Part shown: positions 1 to 9,289 of the stretch, in pieces
How the letters are laid out: each line of letters opens with the position of its first letter
How positions within the stretch are numbered: the first letter of the stretch is position 1
IMG/VR virus record: IMGVR_UViG_3300044991_001618
Coordinates: 32,001 to 96,000 of that record
Origin: a virus
Strand: one strand, 5' to 3'
Length of the DNA: 64,000 bases
Notes under the pieces: model-generated
Databases searched by the model: none
Told to the model about the DNA's origin: nothing
What the model saw: only the letters and a program-made list of their open reading frames with translations
Position numbers and translations under genes: made by a program

Positions 1-746
1 AAATTGGTGAGGTTTCTTTTGATTTACAATCAGTTACTGTTTCAGTTACAGAAAGAAAGTTAAGAGCACAATGGTCACCAGAAATGGCACAAGACGTTGC
101 TGCATTCCATAACATTGATGCTGAAGCAGAATTAACTGCTTTATTATCAGAGCAAATTGCAGCTGAGATTGATAGAGAAATTTTAAGAGACCTTAGAAAA
201 GGTGCTGCTTGGAATTTACGTTGGGATTACAATGGTTGGAAGAGATTGGGTACAAACGCTATCCCTTACACACAGAAAGACTGGAATCAAACATTAATCA
301 CAACTATTAACCAAGTATCAGCACAAATCCACAAATCAACATTGAGAGGTGGTGCAAACTGGATTGTTGTTTCTTCTGAAGTTAGTGCAATTTTTGATGA
401 TTTGGAATACTTCCACGTATCAAATGCATCTCCTGACCAAGACCAATACAACATGGGTATTGAAAGAGTTGGTACATTAGCAGGTCGTTACCAAGTATAT
501 CGTGACCCTTACTTCCCAGCAAACCAAGTGTTAATGGGACACAAAGGAACATCATTATTAGACACTGGTTATATCTATGCACCATATGTACCATTACAAT
601 TAACACCAACAATGTATAATCCATTCAACTTTACACCAATTAAAGGTATAATGACAAGATATGCTAAAAAACTAGTTAACAACCGTTTCTACGGTAGAAT
701 TACGGTTGATGGTGTTAGAACATTTGACTTACAAGAGTTAAGATAA
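1..746 (+). CDS. T4 gp23-like major capsid protein, C-terminal part (5' end outside window)
   Basis: Frame open from nt 3 (IGEVSFDLQSVTVSVTERKLRAQWSPEMAQD...DAEAELTALLSEQIAAEIDREI...GANWIVVS...YAPYVPL...FTPIKGIMTRYA), which are typical gp23 motifs; strong terminator follows. Confidence 0.93.
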   Translation, partial: IGEVSFDLQSVTVSVTERKLRAQWSPEMAQDVAAFHNIDAEAELTALLSEQIAAEIDREILRDLRKGAAWNLRWDYNGWKRLGTNAIPYTQKDWNQTLITTINQVSAQIHKSTLRGGANWIVVSSEVSAIFDDLEYFHVSNASPDQDQYNMGIERVGTLAGRYQVYRDPYFPANQVLMGHKGTSLLDTGYIYAPYVPLQLTPTMYNPFNFTPIKGIMTRYAKKLVNNRFYGRITVDGVRTFDLQELR

Positions 747-770
747 TCAATTTTATATTGATATAATAGG

Positions 771-801
771 AAGGGTTGCATTTTTTTGCAACCCTTTTTT
801 T
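771..801 (+). terminator. Rho-independent terminator after major capsid gene
   Basis: AAGGGTTGCA-TTTTTT-TGCAACCCTT stem followed by a T-run. Confidence 0.85.
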
Positions 802-810
802 ATTTGCATA

Positions 811-817
811 TATTTAT
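811..817 (+). promoter_or_regulatory. Candidate phage late promoter core TATTTAT
   Basis: 13 nt before ATG 831; same motif 11-24 nt before many other starts. Confidence 0.5.
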
Positions 818-830
818 TAATAAAAATTTT

Positions 831-1184
831 ATGGAAAATAAGCCATCATTTTTTAATGAAGATTTAAGAGTTTGGTTTGGTGATAAGAAAAAACCAAAAG
901 GTAGCAATCAACCCAAAGGTCCTTGGGTTAATATATGTAGAAAAGATTCAAATGGTAAGCACCCCCCCTGTGGCAGAGAATCTGATGATAAGGGTGCATA
1001 TCCTAAATGTAAGGCGGCTGGTGTTGCTAGTAAGATGAGTGATGCTGAAAAGAAGTCAGCTTGTACAAAGAAAAGAGCGGCTGAAAAAAAGAATCCAAAA
1101 TCTGGAACGGGCAATAAACCAACAATGGTTACAAAGGAAAGTTTAATAAGAATTATTGAAGAGTTTTTAATTCATAATCATTAG
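831..1184 (+). CDS. Conserved basic, Cys-containing phage hypothetical protein (probable head-associated)
   Basis: Likely start ATG 831 (ORF track 786); EDLRVWFG...WVNICRK...PPCGR...YPKC motif recalled from T4-like phage hypotheticals. Confidence 0.6.
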   Translation: MENKPSFFNEDLRVWFGDKKKPKGSNQPKGPWVNICRKDSNGKHPPCGRESDDKGAYPKCKAAGVASKMSDAEKKSACTKKRAAEKKNPKSGTGNKPTMVTKESLIRIIEEFLIHNH

Positions 1185-2061
1185 CATTAACTTCATTTAC
1201 TAAATGAACATAATCTAAATTAATAAATGAACAATTTCCTTGTCCAGAAACCCTTTGTGATAATATAAATAAAATATTATCATTTTGGGTGAAAAAAAGA
1301 TACAAGTAACCATTTTGTGTAAGTAAATCAACTATAACATTATTATTTGGTATTTCATCAAAAGAAGCAAATTTATATTGTATTTTTTTACCACTTTTTA
1401 TAATAAAATTCCTCTTGGGTATTATATTAAATTCTTTCCAAGCATAACCTAATTCAGTCATCCTAAATATTGCAATAAATTCATCTTTTGTTATTTCAGT
1501 TATTTGTTTTTTTGTTGTAAATTCAGTTTCAATAATTGCTTTGGCTTCATTTTTTTTAGTATTGTTACTAGGGAATAAAAAATTATAAAGAATAGTAGCA
1601 TGGTTTTTTAGATAATAAAAAGTAGGGTATTTTATGTTTGAGTCGCTACCCTTCATAAAAGATTTAGGGGATAACCCTTCAATTTCAGGGAATTTAAATA
1701 TAGGAATAATGCTATCATAATTTTTTGCATCAAATACTTCATCCTCCCCATTAATTTGAATTAAATAATCACCCTTTAGTGTTGTTTGGGGTTTCATATT
1801 TTTAAATTTTCCCATTAATTGTATAAATAATTTTTTTATTGTTTTTCTTTCCTCACCATAAGAAGTTTTTGAATCAATATTTATAAATTTATTTTTATCA
1901 ATAGTTTTTTTGGTTAAATCAGAAAACAAATCTGTTTTTTTGAATAGTTCAAAAATATAGTTTTCAAAGTCTGTACCTTTTTCTGAAGCTGATGTTTTTT
2001 TTAGTTTATTTGAAATTTCATCTGCTTGATTAGGAGTTATAAGAATTTTTATTTTGCTCAT
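1153..2061 (-). CDS. PD-(D/E)xK restriction-endonuclease-like nuclease
   Basis: KGTDFENYI...KGDYLI...EVFDAKNY fits the E...(P)D...(D/E)xK arrangement; likely start 2061 (ORF track 2091). Confidence 0.5.
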   Translation of the reverse strand: MSKIKILITPNQADEISNKLKKTSASEKGTDFENYIFELFKKTDLFSDLTKKTIDKNKFINIDSKTSYGEERKTIKKLFIQLMGKFKNMKPQTTLKGDYLIQINGEDEVFDAKNYDSIIPIFKFPEIEGLSPKSFMKGSDSNIKYPTFYYLKNHATILYNFLFPSNNTKKNEAKAIIETEFTTKKQITEITKDEFIAIFRMTELGYAWKEFNIIPKRNFIIKSGKKIQYKFASFDEIPNNNVIVDLLTQNGYLYLFFTQNDNILFILSQRVSGQGNCSFINLDYVHLVNEVNANDYELKTLQ

Positions 2062-2103
2062 AATGTTTTTAAATTTATATGATATTATCATATCTTTGTT
2101 AAC

Positions 2104-2490
2104 CTAAAAGGCTTCAACCTTAATTAAAAAGTTTTCTTTTAGATAATTTGACAACTCATAAAAGGTATCAAATTTTGATTGCATCTTATCATCAAACCTG
2201 CTGATAATATCAATATGTGTTTGATGGTGATTAATAAAAAACTTGAAAAGTTCATATTCATAAATCATATGAATTTCTCTATCATATATAATGATAAAGA
2301 TATTCTCATCTTCAAGATAAATTAATCTTTCTGGCGATTTTGATGAATAAGCAAGTTTGGCATCTGGATTGTCCAGCATTTTAAAGATAATATTTTTACA
2401 CCTAACTTCATCCTCTGTTGGGTCAGTTAATGCCAAGATGTTTTCTTTAAATGAATTAACTAGGGGGGTCAACCAAGATTTAATGTTCAT
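2104..2490 (-). CDS. Hypothetical protein
   Basis: 128-aa ORF preceded by a host-type promoter. Confidence 0.65.
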   Translation of the reverse strand: MNIKSWLTPLVNSFKENILALTDPTEDEVRCKNIIFKMLDNPDAKLAYSSKSPERLIYLEDENIFIIIYDREIHMIYEYELFKFFINHHQTHIDIISRFDDKMQSKFDTFYELSNYLKENFLIKVEAF

Positions 2491-2503
2491 AGTTTTTTTA
2501 TTA

Positions 2504-2535
2504 CAAATATACTACAAGTTGAATTAAATAGCAAA
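2504..2535 (-). promoter_or_regulatory. Bacteroidota primary-sigma promoter (-33/-7)
   Basis: Minus strand TTTG-N20-TATATTTG, matching consensus TTTG...TAnnTTTG. Confidence 0.75.
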
Positions 2536-3090
2536 TTCTGTTTCATCCCAATCAGGATCCTCATTTAATATAATACCTTTAATATATCCAGGTTTAACCA
2601 TTTTTTTTAATTGATTTTCAGTGTATTTGGTTAATTTTGTGTAAGTTATGTTTATTCCATCATCAACTTTCAATCCTTTTGGTAATGATTGTAATTTGTA
2701 ACAATGATTTAAATATAATGTACCATTAACTTTTAATCCTTCTGGTAATGATTCAAGTTTTTCACAGCCATATAAATCCAAATCACCCCCAACTTTCAAT
2801 AGTTCTGGTAATGATTTTATATTTGAATGTTCTAAAGATAACTCGCCCCCAACTTCCAAGTCTTCTGGTAATGAAGTTATTTTTGAATAATCTAAATTCA
2901 AATTGCCACTAACTTTCAATCCTTCTGGTAATGAAGTTATTTTAAAATTTGATAAATCCAAATCATCATTAACAATTAAATCTTCTTTTGTTAATGGTGA
3001 ACCATTTGTTATTTTCCATAAAAATGGAATTTTTGTACCATCTAACTTTTCAATAAAATTAAATATATTCTTTAGTGTTTCTTTTTCCAT
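2524..3090 (-). CDS. LRR array protein 1 (5 repeats, extended C-terminus)
   Basis: MEKETLK N-cap, LPxGLxV repeats, MVKPGYI C-cap. Confidence 0.9.
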   Translation of the reverse strand: MEKETLKNIFNFIEKLDGTKIPFLWKITNGSPLTKEDLIVNDDLDLSNFKITSLPEGLKVSGNLNLDYSKITSLPEDLEVGGELSLEHSNIKSLPELLKVGGDLDLYGCEKLESLPEGLKVNGTLYLNHCYKLQSLPKGLKVDDGINITYTKLTKYTENQLKKMVKPGYIKGIILNEDPDWDETEFAI

Positions 3091-3494
3091 TATCTAATTA
3101 TATTATTTATATATCCAGGATTAACCATTTGCCTTAATTCCTCAGTTGAATATTTTGTTAATGGTGTATTTTTAATAAACAAACGACCCCAAACTTTCAA
3201 CCCTTTTGGTAATGATGTTATATTTGAATGTCCCAAATCCAAATCCTCCCCAACTTTTAATCCTTCTGGTAATGATTGTATATTTTTACAACCATATAAA
3301 CTTAAAATATCCTCAACGTTCAATCCATCTGGTAATGATTCAATATCTGTTTCTGTTAAATCCAAATCCCCTTCAACAAATAACTCTTCATCTGTTAATG
3401 GTTCATTATTCATTAATTTCCACATAAATGGTTTATCCTTATTTTCTTCTTCTTCAAGGAATGTAAATATCTTTTTTAGTGTTTCTTTTTCCAT
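3090..3494 (-). CDS. LRR array protein 2 (3 repeats)
   Basis: Same architecture; TAATG overlap with neighbours. Confidence 0.9.
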   Translation of the reverse strand: MEKETLKKIFTFLEEEENKDKPFMWKLMNNEPLTDEELFVEGDLDLTETDIESLPDGLNVEDILSLYGCKNIQSLPEGLKVGEDLDLGHSNITSLPKGLKVWGRLFIKNTPLTKYSTEELRQMVNPGYINNIIR

Positions 3495-4141
3495 TATCTT
3501 TCTATATTTCCAAGTATAAATCCTGGTTTAACCATTTTTCTTAATTCATTATCTGAAAATTTTGCTAACCCAGAGTCGTGAATGGCCAAATTACCATAAA
3601 CCTCCAACCCTTTTGGTAATGAAGTTAAATTTTTGCAACGCATTAAATCTAACAATCTATTAACTTTTAATCCTTTTGGTAAAAATCCTATCTCTGAATC
3701 CTCCAAAGATAATATACCAACTTCCATTCCTTCTGGTAATGATTCCAAATATGGGGTGGTATTTAAATTTAATTCACCTTCAATTTTTAATCCTTTTGGT
3801 AATGATTGTATTTGTGTATATGATAAATCCAAATCTAATTTAACTTTTAATCCTTTTGGTAATTTTCTTATTTCTGTATAATTTAAAACTAAATGCCCTC
3901 CAACTTCCAATCCTTCTGGTAATGATTTAATATCTGAATTTTGTAAAAACAAATCACCTTCAACTTTCAATCCTTCTGGCAATTCTTCTATCTCTAAATC
4001 TGATAAATTCAAATCACCTTTAACATGTAAATCATCTTCTGTGAATGGAAAACCATTTGACCATTTCCACCTAAGTGGCGTATTCCTATTATCCTTCTTT
4101 TCAAGGAAATTAAATATCTTCTTTAATGTTTCTTTTTCCAT
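3494..4141 (-). CDS. LRR array protein 3 (7 repeats)
   Basis: Same architecture; TAATG overlap. Confidence 0.9.
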   Translation of the reverse strand: MEKETLKKIFNFLEKKDNRNTPLRWKWSNGFPFTEDDLHVKGDLNLSDLEIEELPEGLKVEGDLFLQNSDIKSLPEGLEVGGHLVLNYTEIRKLPKGLKVKLDLDLSYTQIQSLPKGLKIEGELNLNTTPYLESLPEGMEVGILSLEDSEIGFLPKGLKVNRLLDLMRCKNLTSLPKGLEVYGNLAIHDSGLAKFSDNELRKMVKPGFILGNIER

Positions 4142-4605
4142 TATCTATATATATATCTATTTAAAAAACTAGGCTCAACCATTTTTATTAATTCATCATC
4201 TGAAAATTTTGCTAATGGTGTTCCACCAATAAACAAATTTTGCCCAACTTTCAATCCTTTTGGTAATGATGCTATTTCAGAGTAGGATAAATCCAAATCA
4301 ACCCCAACTTCTAATCCTTCTGGCATAGAAGTTATTCTTGTGTTTGATAAATCTAAATGTCTCCCAACTTTCAATCCTTTTGGTAATGATTTAATATCAG
4401 AAAATTGTAAATACAAGTCACCTTCAACATATAAATTATCTGGCAATGTTTCTATCCCTGAATCTGAAAAATCCAAATCACCTTTAATATGCAAATCATC
4501 TTCTGTTAATGGTTCACCACTTGACCATTTCCATAATAATGGTGCTCTTATTTCATCATTCTTTTCAAGAAATTTAAATATCTTCTTTAATGTTTCTTTT
4601 TCCAT
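4141..4605 (-). CDS. LRR array protein 4 (4 repeats)
   Basis: Same architecture; TAATG overlap. Confidence 0.9.
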   Translation of the reverse strand: MEKETLKKIFKFLEKNDEIRAPLLWKWSSGEPLTEDDLHIKGDLDFSDSGIETLPDNLYVEGDLYLQFSDIKSLPKGLKVGRHLDLSNTRITSMPEGLEVGVDLDLSYSEIASLPKGLKVGQNLFIGGTPLAKFSDDELIKMVEPSFLNRYIYR

Positions 4606-4608
4606 TAT

Positions 4609-5031
4609 CTATCCTTTCTTCCACTTTCCACCCAATTTCTTATACCTTTTTGCCGCAGCACCATTACAATATGCGCTTGGGCATACTTTATACCTAGACC
4701 TTGCCCAACTCAAACATTGACTCCATAACTTGGGATTTGTTGGTTTATTCTTTTTTTCCTTTGCTTCTGTTATGTTCTGGCTATCCCTATTTTCAAATTC
4801 ATTCATCATAAAATCAAAAACTTGATCCAAGTTTTCTTTTGCAACTGTCACATGGTCATCAGCCCAATCATGGCCATTGGTCAACAATTCATTAATTTCA
4901 TCAGGTTGAAATTCAAGCAATAATTCACATTGTCTTTTAATTTGTTTTAAGTTTCCAAAAAACATATAATTTTCTGTTGCTTGCTCATTTATTGCATTCT
5001 TAACAATTTTTTTAATTACTGGATGTATCAT
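4609..5031 (-). CDS. Conserved viral hypothetical protein with C-terminal DUF5872-like basic domain
   Basis: PTNPKLW...PSAYCNGAAAKRYKKLGGKW motif; N-terminal NYMFFGNL...HDWADDH domain. Confidence 0.6.
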   Translation of the reverse strand: MIHPVIKKIVKNAINEQATENYMFFGNLKQIKRQCELLLEFQPDEINELLTNGHDWADDHVTVAKENLDQVFDFMMNEFENRDSQNITEAKEKKNKPTNPKLWSQCLSWARSRYKVCPSAYCNGAAAKRYKKLGGKWKKG

Positions 5032-5046
5032 ATCTTATTTTTTATT

Positions 5047-5053
5047 ATAAATA
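5047..5053 (-). promoter_or_regulatory. Candidate late promoter core TATTTAT
   Basis: 15 nt before ATG 5031; would drive LRR genes 1-4. Confidence 0.5.
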
Positions 5054-5170
5054 TCATTATTCTTTATTTTGATTATGGCTCTCATATTTTGATTTTAAGG
5101 GACTTTTTGTTTTAGCCTATTACTATGTCATCTTTATTAAAATCTGCTGTTGTGGTTAAATTGTATGTGG

Positions 5171-5710
5171 TTATATCCTAATTATTCTACCTATACGCCC
5201 AGGTTTAACCATTTCTCTTAATTCAGCATCTGAAAATTTGTCTAAACTATCTCCAACACTCACGGCTAAATATCCATTAACTTCCAATCCTTTTGGTAAT
5301 CTTTTTATTGGTGTATCCATTATTGATAACCAAAGGTCAATTACTAGCCCTTCTGGTAATGAAGTTATTTTTGTATTATGCAAATACAAAGAAGCACCAA
5401 TTTTAATATCATTTGGTATGTTTTTTATAATTGAATGCGATAACTCCAGAGAACCATCAACTTTTAACCCTTTTGGTAATTCTTCTATTTTTGAAAATCT
5501 AGTAATCATTCTACCTTTAACTTCCAAATTATCTGGTAATGATTTTAAAGTTGAATCTGTTAAATCTAAATCACCATTAACAATTAAATCTTCTTTTGTT
5601 AGGGGATCACCAAGTTTTAATTTCCAAATAAAGGTATCTCTATCTTTATGTTTTTTGTTTTCTTTCTTTTCAAGGAAATCAAATATATTTTTTATTGCTT
5701 CTTTTTCCAT
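5171..5710 (-). CDS. LRR array protein 5 (5 repeats)
   Basis: Same architecture; first 25 aa identical to protein 6. Confidence 0.9.
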   Translation of the reverse strand: MEKEAIKNIFDFLEKKENKKHKDRDTFIWKLKLGDPLTKEDLIVNGDLDLTDSTLKSLPDNLEVKGRMITRFSKIEELPKGLKVDGSLELSHSIIKNIPNDIKIGASLYLHNTKITSLPEGLVIDLWLSIMDTPIKRLPKGLEVNGYLAVSVGDSLDKFSDAELREMVKPGRIGRIIRI

Positions 5711-6318
5711 TATCTAATTATTTGCTCCTTTATAAATCCAGGTTTAACCATATTTCTTAATTCTTCATCAGAAAATTTTACTAATGGTGATCCACTTATA
5801 ATTAAAATCCCCCTAACTTTCAACCCTTTTGGTAATGATGTTAAACTTGTGCAATTTTCTAAATACAAATCACGGCCAACTTCCAATCCTTCTGGCAAGG
5901 ATGTTAAACTTGTGCAATTTTCTAAATCTAAATTATGCGCAACTTTCAATCCTTTTGGTAAAGATATTAAATTTGTGGAATTTTCTAAATATAAAGACGC
6001 TCCAAGTTCTAATCCTCTTGGCAGTGAAATTAAATCTTCACAACCTTCTAAATCTAAACGACCCCCAACTTTTAAGTTATCAGGTAATGATTTAATAGAT
6101 GAATAATTTAAAATCAAATAACCACCAACTTTCAACCCATCTGGTAATGAGGTTATTTTTGAATATGATAAATCCAAATTACCTTTTACATTTAACTCTT
6201 CTTCTGTTATTGGTTCATCAAATTTTAATTTCCAAATAATGCTATCCCTATCTTTATGTTTTTTATTTTCTTTCTTTTCAAGGAAATCAAATATATTTTT
6301 TATTGCTTCTTTTTCCAT
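5710..6318 (-). CDS. LRR array protein 6 (6 repeats)
   Basis: Same architecture; internal duplicated LENCTSLTS repeat. Confidence 0.9.
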   Translation of the reverse strand: MEKEAIKNIFDFLEKKENKKHKDRDSIIWKLKFDEPITEEELNVKGNLDLSYSKITSLPDGLKVGGYLILNYSSIKSLPDNLKVGGRLDLEGCEDLISLPRGLELGASLYLENSTNLISLPKGLKVAHNLDLENCTSLTSLPEGLEVGRDLYLENCTSLTSLPKGLKVRGILIISGSPLVKFSDEELRNMVKPGFIKEQIIR

Positions 6319-6797
6319 TATCTAATTATTTTACCATTTATAAACCCATCTGGTTCAACCATTTCTCTTATTTTTTCATCTGAAAGTTTTGCTAATGGAG
6401 TTTTTACAATATGTAAATTACGTTCAACTTTTAAACCTTTTGATAATGTTTCTATATCTGAATATGTTAAATCTAAATCGCGACCAACATATAAATCACC
6501 TGGCAAGGATTTGAAACTTGTCCATTCAAAATTCAAATCACCCTCAACAAATAATTTTTCTGGGAATGTTTTTAAACTTGAGAACCGAAAATCAGCATTT
6601 CCTATAACTTTTAACCCTTTTGGTAAATGTTGTATATTTATGCCAGATATATCCAAATCGCCTCTAACAATTAAATCTTCTTTTGTTAATGGTTCATTAA
6701 ACATAAATTTCCACCTTAAAGTTCCTTTGTTTTTATGTTTTTTATTGTCTTCTTTTTCAAGAAAATCAAGTATATTTTTTAGTGTTTCTTTTTCCAT
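6318..6797 (-). CDS. LRR array protein 7 (4 repeats)
   Basis: Same architecture. Confidence 0.9.
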   Translation of the reverse strand: MEKETLKNILDFLEKEDNKKHKNKGTLRWKFMFNEPLTKEDLIVRGDLDISGINIQHLPKGLKVIGNADFRFSSLKTFPEKLFVEGDLNFEWTSFKSLPGDLYVGRDLDLTYSDIETLSKGLKVERNLHIVKTPLAKLSDEKIREMVEPDGFINGKIIR

Positions 6798-7267
6798 TAT
6801 CTAATTATATTTCCTTTAAATGAACCATTATTTAAATTTTTATTTCTTCTTATTTCAGCATCTGTATATTTTTTGGCAAGGAAGGATTCTCCTATATATA
6901 AATTACCACCAACATATAAATTTTTTGGGATTTCTTCTATATCTGAATGTCTAAAATACAAATCACCCCCAACATATAAATTGTCTGGTAATGATTCTAT
7001 ATTTGTATGGGATAAGTTAAAACTATCCTTAACATATAACCCTTCTGGTAATGAGTTTATTTCTGATCCCAACAACCACAATTTACCTTCAACTCTCATC
7101 CCATTAGGTAATGAGGTTATAGTTGTAAATTCCAAATTTAAATTGCCTTTTATATTTAAATCCTCTTTTGTTAGTTCATTATTTACCCATTTCCATAAAA
7201 ATGGTGTTTTGATATCATCATTTTCTTCAAGGAAATCAAATATTCTTTTTAATGTTTCTTTTTCCAT
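6797..7267 (-). CDS. LRR array protein 8 (4 repeats)
   Basis: Same architecture; C-cap shared with protein 9. Confidence 0.9.
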   Translation of the reverse strand: MEKETLKRIFDFLEENDDIKTPFLWKWVNNELTKEDLNIKGNLNLEFTTITSLPNGMRVEGKLWLLGSEINSLPEGLYVKDSFNLSHTNIESLPDNLYVGGDLYFRHSDIEEIPKNLYVGGNLYIGESFLAKKYTDAEIRRNKNLNNGSFKGNIIR

Positions 7268-7740
7268 TATCTAATTATATTTCCTTTAAATGAACCATTA
7301 TTTAAATTTTTATTTCTTCTTATTTCACCATCTGTATATTTTTTGGCGAGGGGGGTCTCTTCTATATCTAATTCACCACCAACGTATAAATTTTTTGGTA
7401 TTTCTCCTATATTTGAATATTTAAACCATAAATCACCCCCAACATATAAATTGTCTGGTAATGATTCAATATATGTATGTGATACATCCAAACTACCCTT
7501 AACATATAGCCCTTCTGGTAATGTTTTTATTGCTGATGCAAATAATGACAAATCACCTTGAACTCTCAATCCCTCTGGTAATGAGGTTATTGCTGAATGA
7601 TTTAAAATTAAATCCCCATCAAAATTTAATTCATCTTCTGTAAATGGGTGATTAATTTTTACTTTATAAGCAAAAGGTTTTGGTCTATTTTCCTCTTTCT
7701 CAAGGAATTCAATTATTTTTTTTAATGTTTCTATTTCCAT
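7267..7740 (-). CDS. LRR array protein 9 (4 repeats)
   Basis: Same architecture; N-cap like protein 11, C-cap like protein 8. Confidence 0.9.
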   Translation of the reverse strand: MEIETLKKIIEFLEKEENRPKPFAYKVKINHPFTEDELNFDGDLILNHSAITSLPEGLRVQGDLSLFASAIKTLPEGLYVKGSLDVSHTYIESLPDNLYVGGDLWFKYSNIGEIPKNLYVGGELDIEETPLAKKYTDGEIRRNKNLNNGSFKGNIIR

Positions 7741-8279
7741 TACTCTCTTAATATTCCTTTTATAAATCCAGGTTTAACCATTTCTTTTAATTCAGCATTA
7801 GAAAATTTGGATAAACTATCATTACTATTTAAAACTAAATAACCCTTAATTATCAATCCTTTTGGTAATGAAGTTATTTTTGTTTTCTGCAAATACAAAG
7901 AACCACCAATTTCAATATCATCAGGTATATTTTTTATTTTTGAGTTCCTTAAATTCAAATTACCACCAACTTTCAATCCTTTTGGTAGTGATTCTATATT
8001 TGAACTTGCTAAAGATAAATAATCCCCAACTTCTAACCCTTCTGGTAATGAGACTATTGCCGAACAACCCATTAAATTAACCCAACCCTTAACTCTTAAT
8101 CCTTCTGGTAATGATGTTACTTTTGTATATGATAATTCCAAATTACCATTAATATTTAATTCATCATATGTTAATTCATTAAATATAACCTTCCATTTAA
8201 AACTACCTTTATCTCGGGGCATTTTATTTTCTTCCTTTTCAAGAAAATCAAGTATTTTTTTAAATGTTTTATTTTCCAT
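7740..8279 (-). CDS. LRR array protein 10 (5 repeats)
   Basis: Same architecture; C-half resembles protein 5. Confidence 0.9.
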   Translation of the reverse strand: MENKTFKKILDFLEKEENKMPRDKGSFKWKVIFNELTYDELNINGNLELSYTKVTSLPEGLRVKGWVNLMGCSAIVSLPEGLEVGDYLSLASSNIESLPKGLKVGGNLNLRNSKIKNIPDDIEIGGSLYLQKTKITSLPKGLIIKGYLVLNSNDSLSKFSNAELKEMVKPGFIKGILRE

Positions 8280-8282
8280 TAT

Positions 8283-8696
8283 CTACATATTTCCTATTAT
8301 TTCTCCTATATAACCATTTGGCTTTATCATATTCAATAATTCATTGTCTGAAATTTCTGTAAATTTTGTTCTGTAAATATATAAACTACCCCCAACTTTC
8401 AAGTCTTTTGGTAATGAGGTTAAACCCCAACACCCAGCTAACCATAAATTACCCTCAACTTCCAATCCTTCTGGTAATGTTTTTATATCTGAGTCTGTTA
8501 AATCTAAAACACGCCCAACTTTCAATCCTTCTGGTAATGAAGTTATTTTAAAATTTGATAAATCCAAATTACCTTCAATATTTAAATCTTTTTCTGTTAA
8601 GGGTTCATTATTTTTTACTTTATAAGCAAAAGGTTTTTTTCTATTTTCTTCCTTCTCAAGGAATTCAAGTATTCTTTTTAATGTTTCTTCTTTCAC
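8283..8696 (-). CDS. LRR array protein 11 (3 repeats, GTG start)
   Basis: Same architecture; GTGA overlap with protein 12. Confidence 0.88.
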   Translation of the reverse strand: MKEETLKRILEFLEKEENRKKPFAYKVKNNEPLTEKDLNIEGNLDLSNFKITSLPEGLKVGRVLDLTDSDIKTLPEGLEVEGNLWLAGCWGLTSLPKDLKVGGSLYIYRTKFTEISDNELLNMIKPNGYIGEIIGNM

Positions 8697-9289
8697 AATC
8701 TTGATATTTTTTCTTTTATAAATCCAGGATAAACCATTTCTCTTAATTGTCCATCTGTGTATTTTCGTAATGGGGTATTTTCTATATACAATACCCCCCT
8801 AACTTCTAACCCTTTTGGTAATGATGTTATTTTTGTATCTTTTAAATTCAAATATTTACCAACTTTTAATCCTTCTGGTAGTGAAATTAAATCTTTGCAA
8901 GAATATAAATCCAAAAAACCCCTAATTTTTAAGTCATTAGGTAATGAACTAATGGATGTATAATTTAAATGCAAATTACCACCAACTTTCAATCCTTTTG
9001 GTAATGAGGTTATTTTTGAATATGCTAAAAACAAATGCTTCCCAACTTTTAATCCTTCTGGTAATGATTGTATTCTTGAAAATGTTAAAATTAAGTCCCC
9101 CTCAACTTTTAACCCTTCTGGTAATGATTCTATACTTGAGTACATTAAATTCAAATCATCTTTTATATTTAATTCATCTTTTGTTAATGGTTTATTAAAT
9201 AATAACTTCCACCTTAAATTATTTTTAGGTATTACCCCTTCCTTTTCTTCAAGAAAATCAAGTATTTTTTCAATTGTTTCTTTTTCCAT
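8693..9289 (-). CDS. LRR array protein 12 (6 repeats)
   Basis: Same architecture. Confidence 0.9.
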   Translation of the reverse strand: MEKETIEKILDFLEEKEGVIPKNNLRWKLLFNKPLTKDELNIKDDLNLMYSSIESLPEGLKVEGDLILTFSRIQSLPEGLKVGKHLFLAYSKITSLPKGLKVGGNLHLNYTSISSLPNDLKIRGFLDLYSCKDLISLPEGLKVGKYLNLKDTKITSLPKGLEVRGVLYIENTPLRKYTDGQLREMVYPGFIKEKISRL

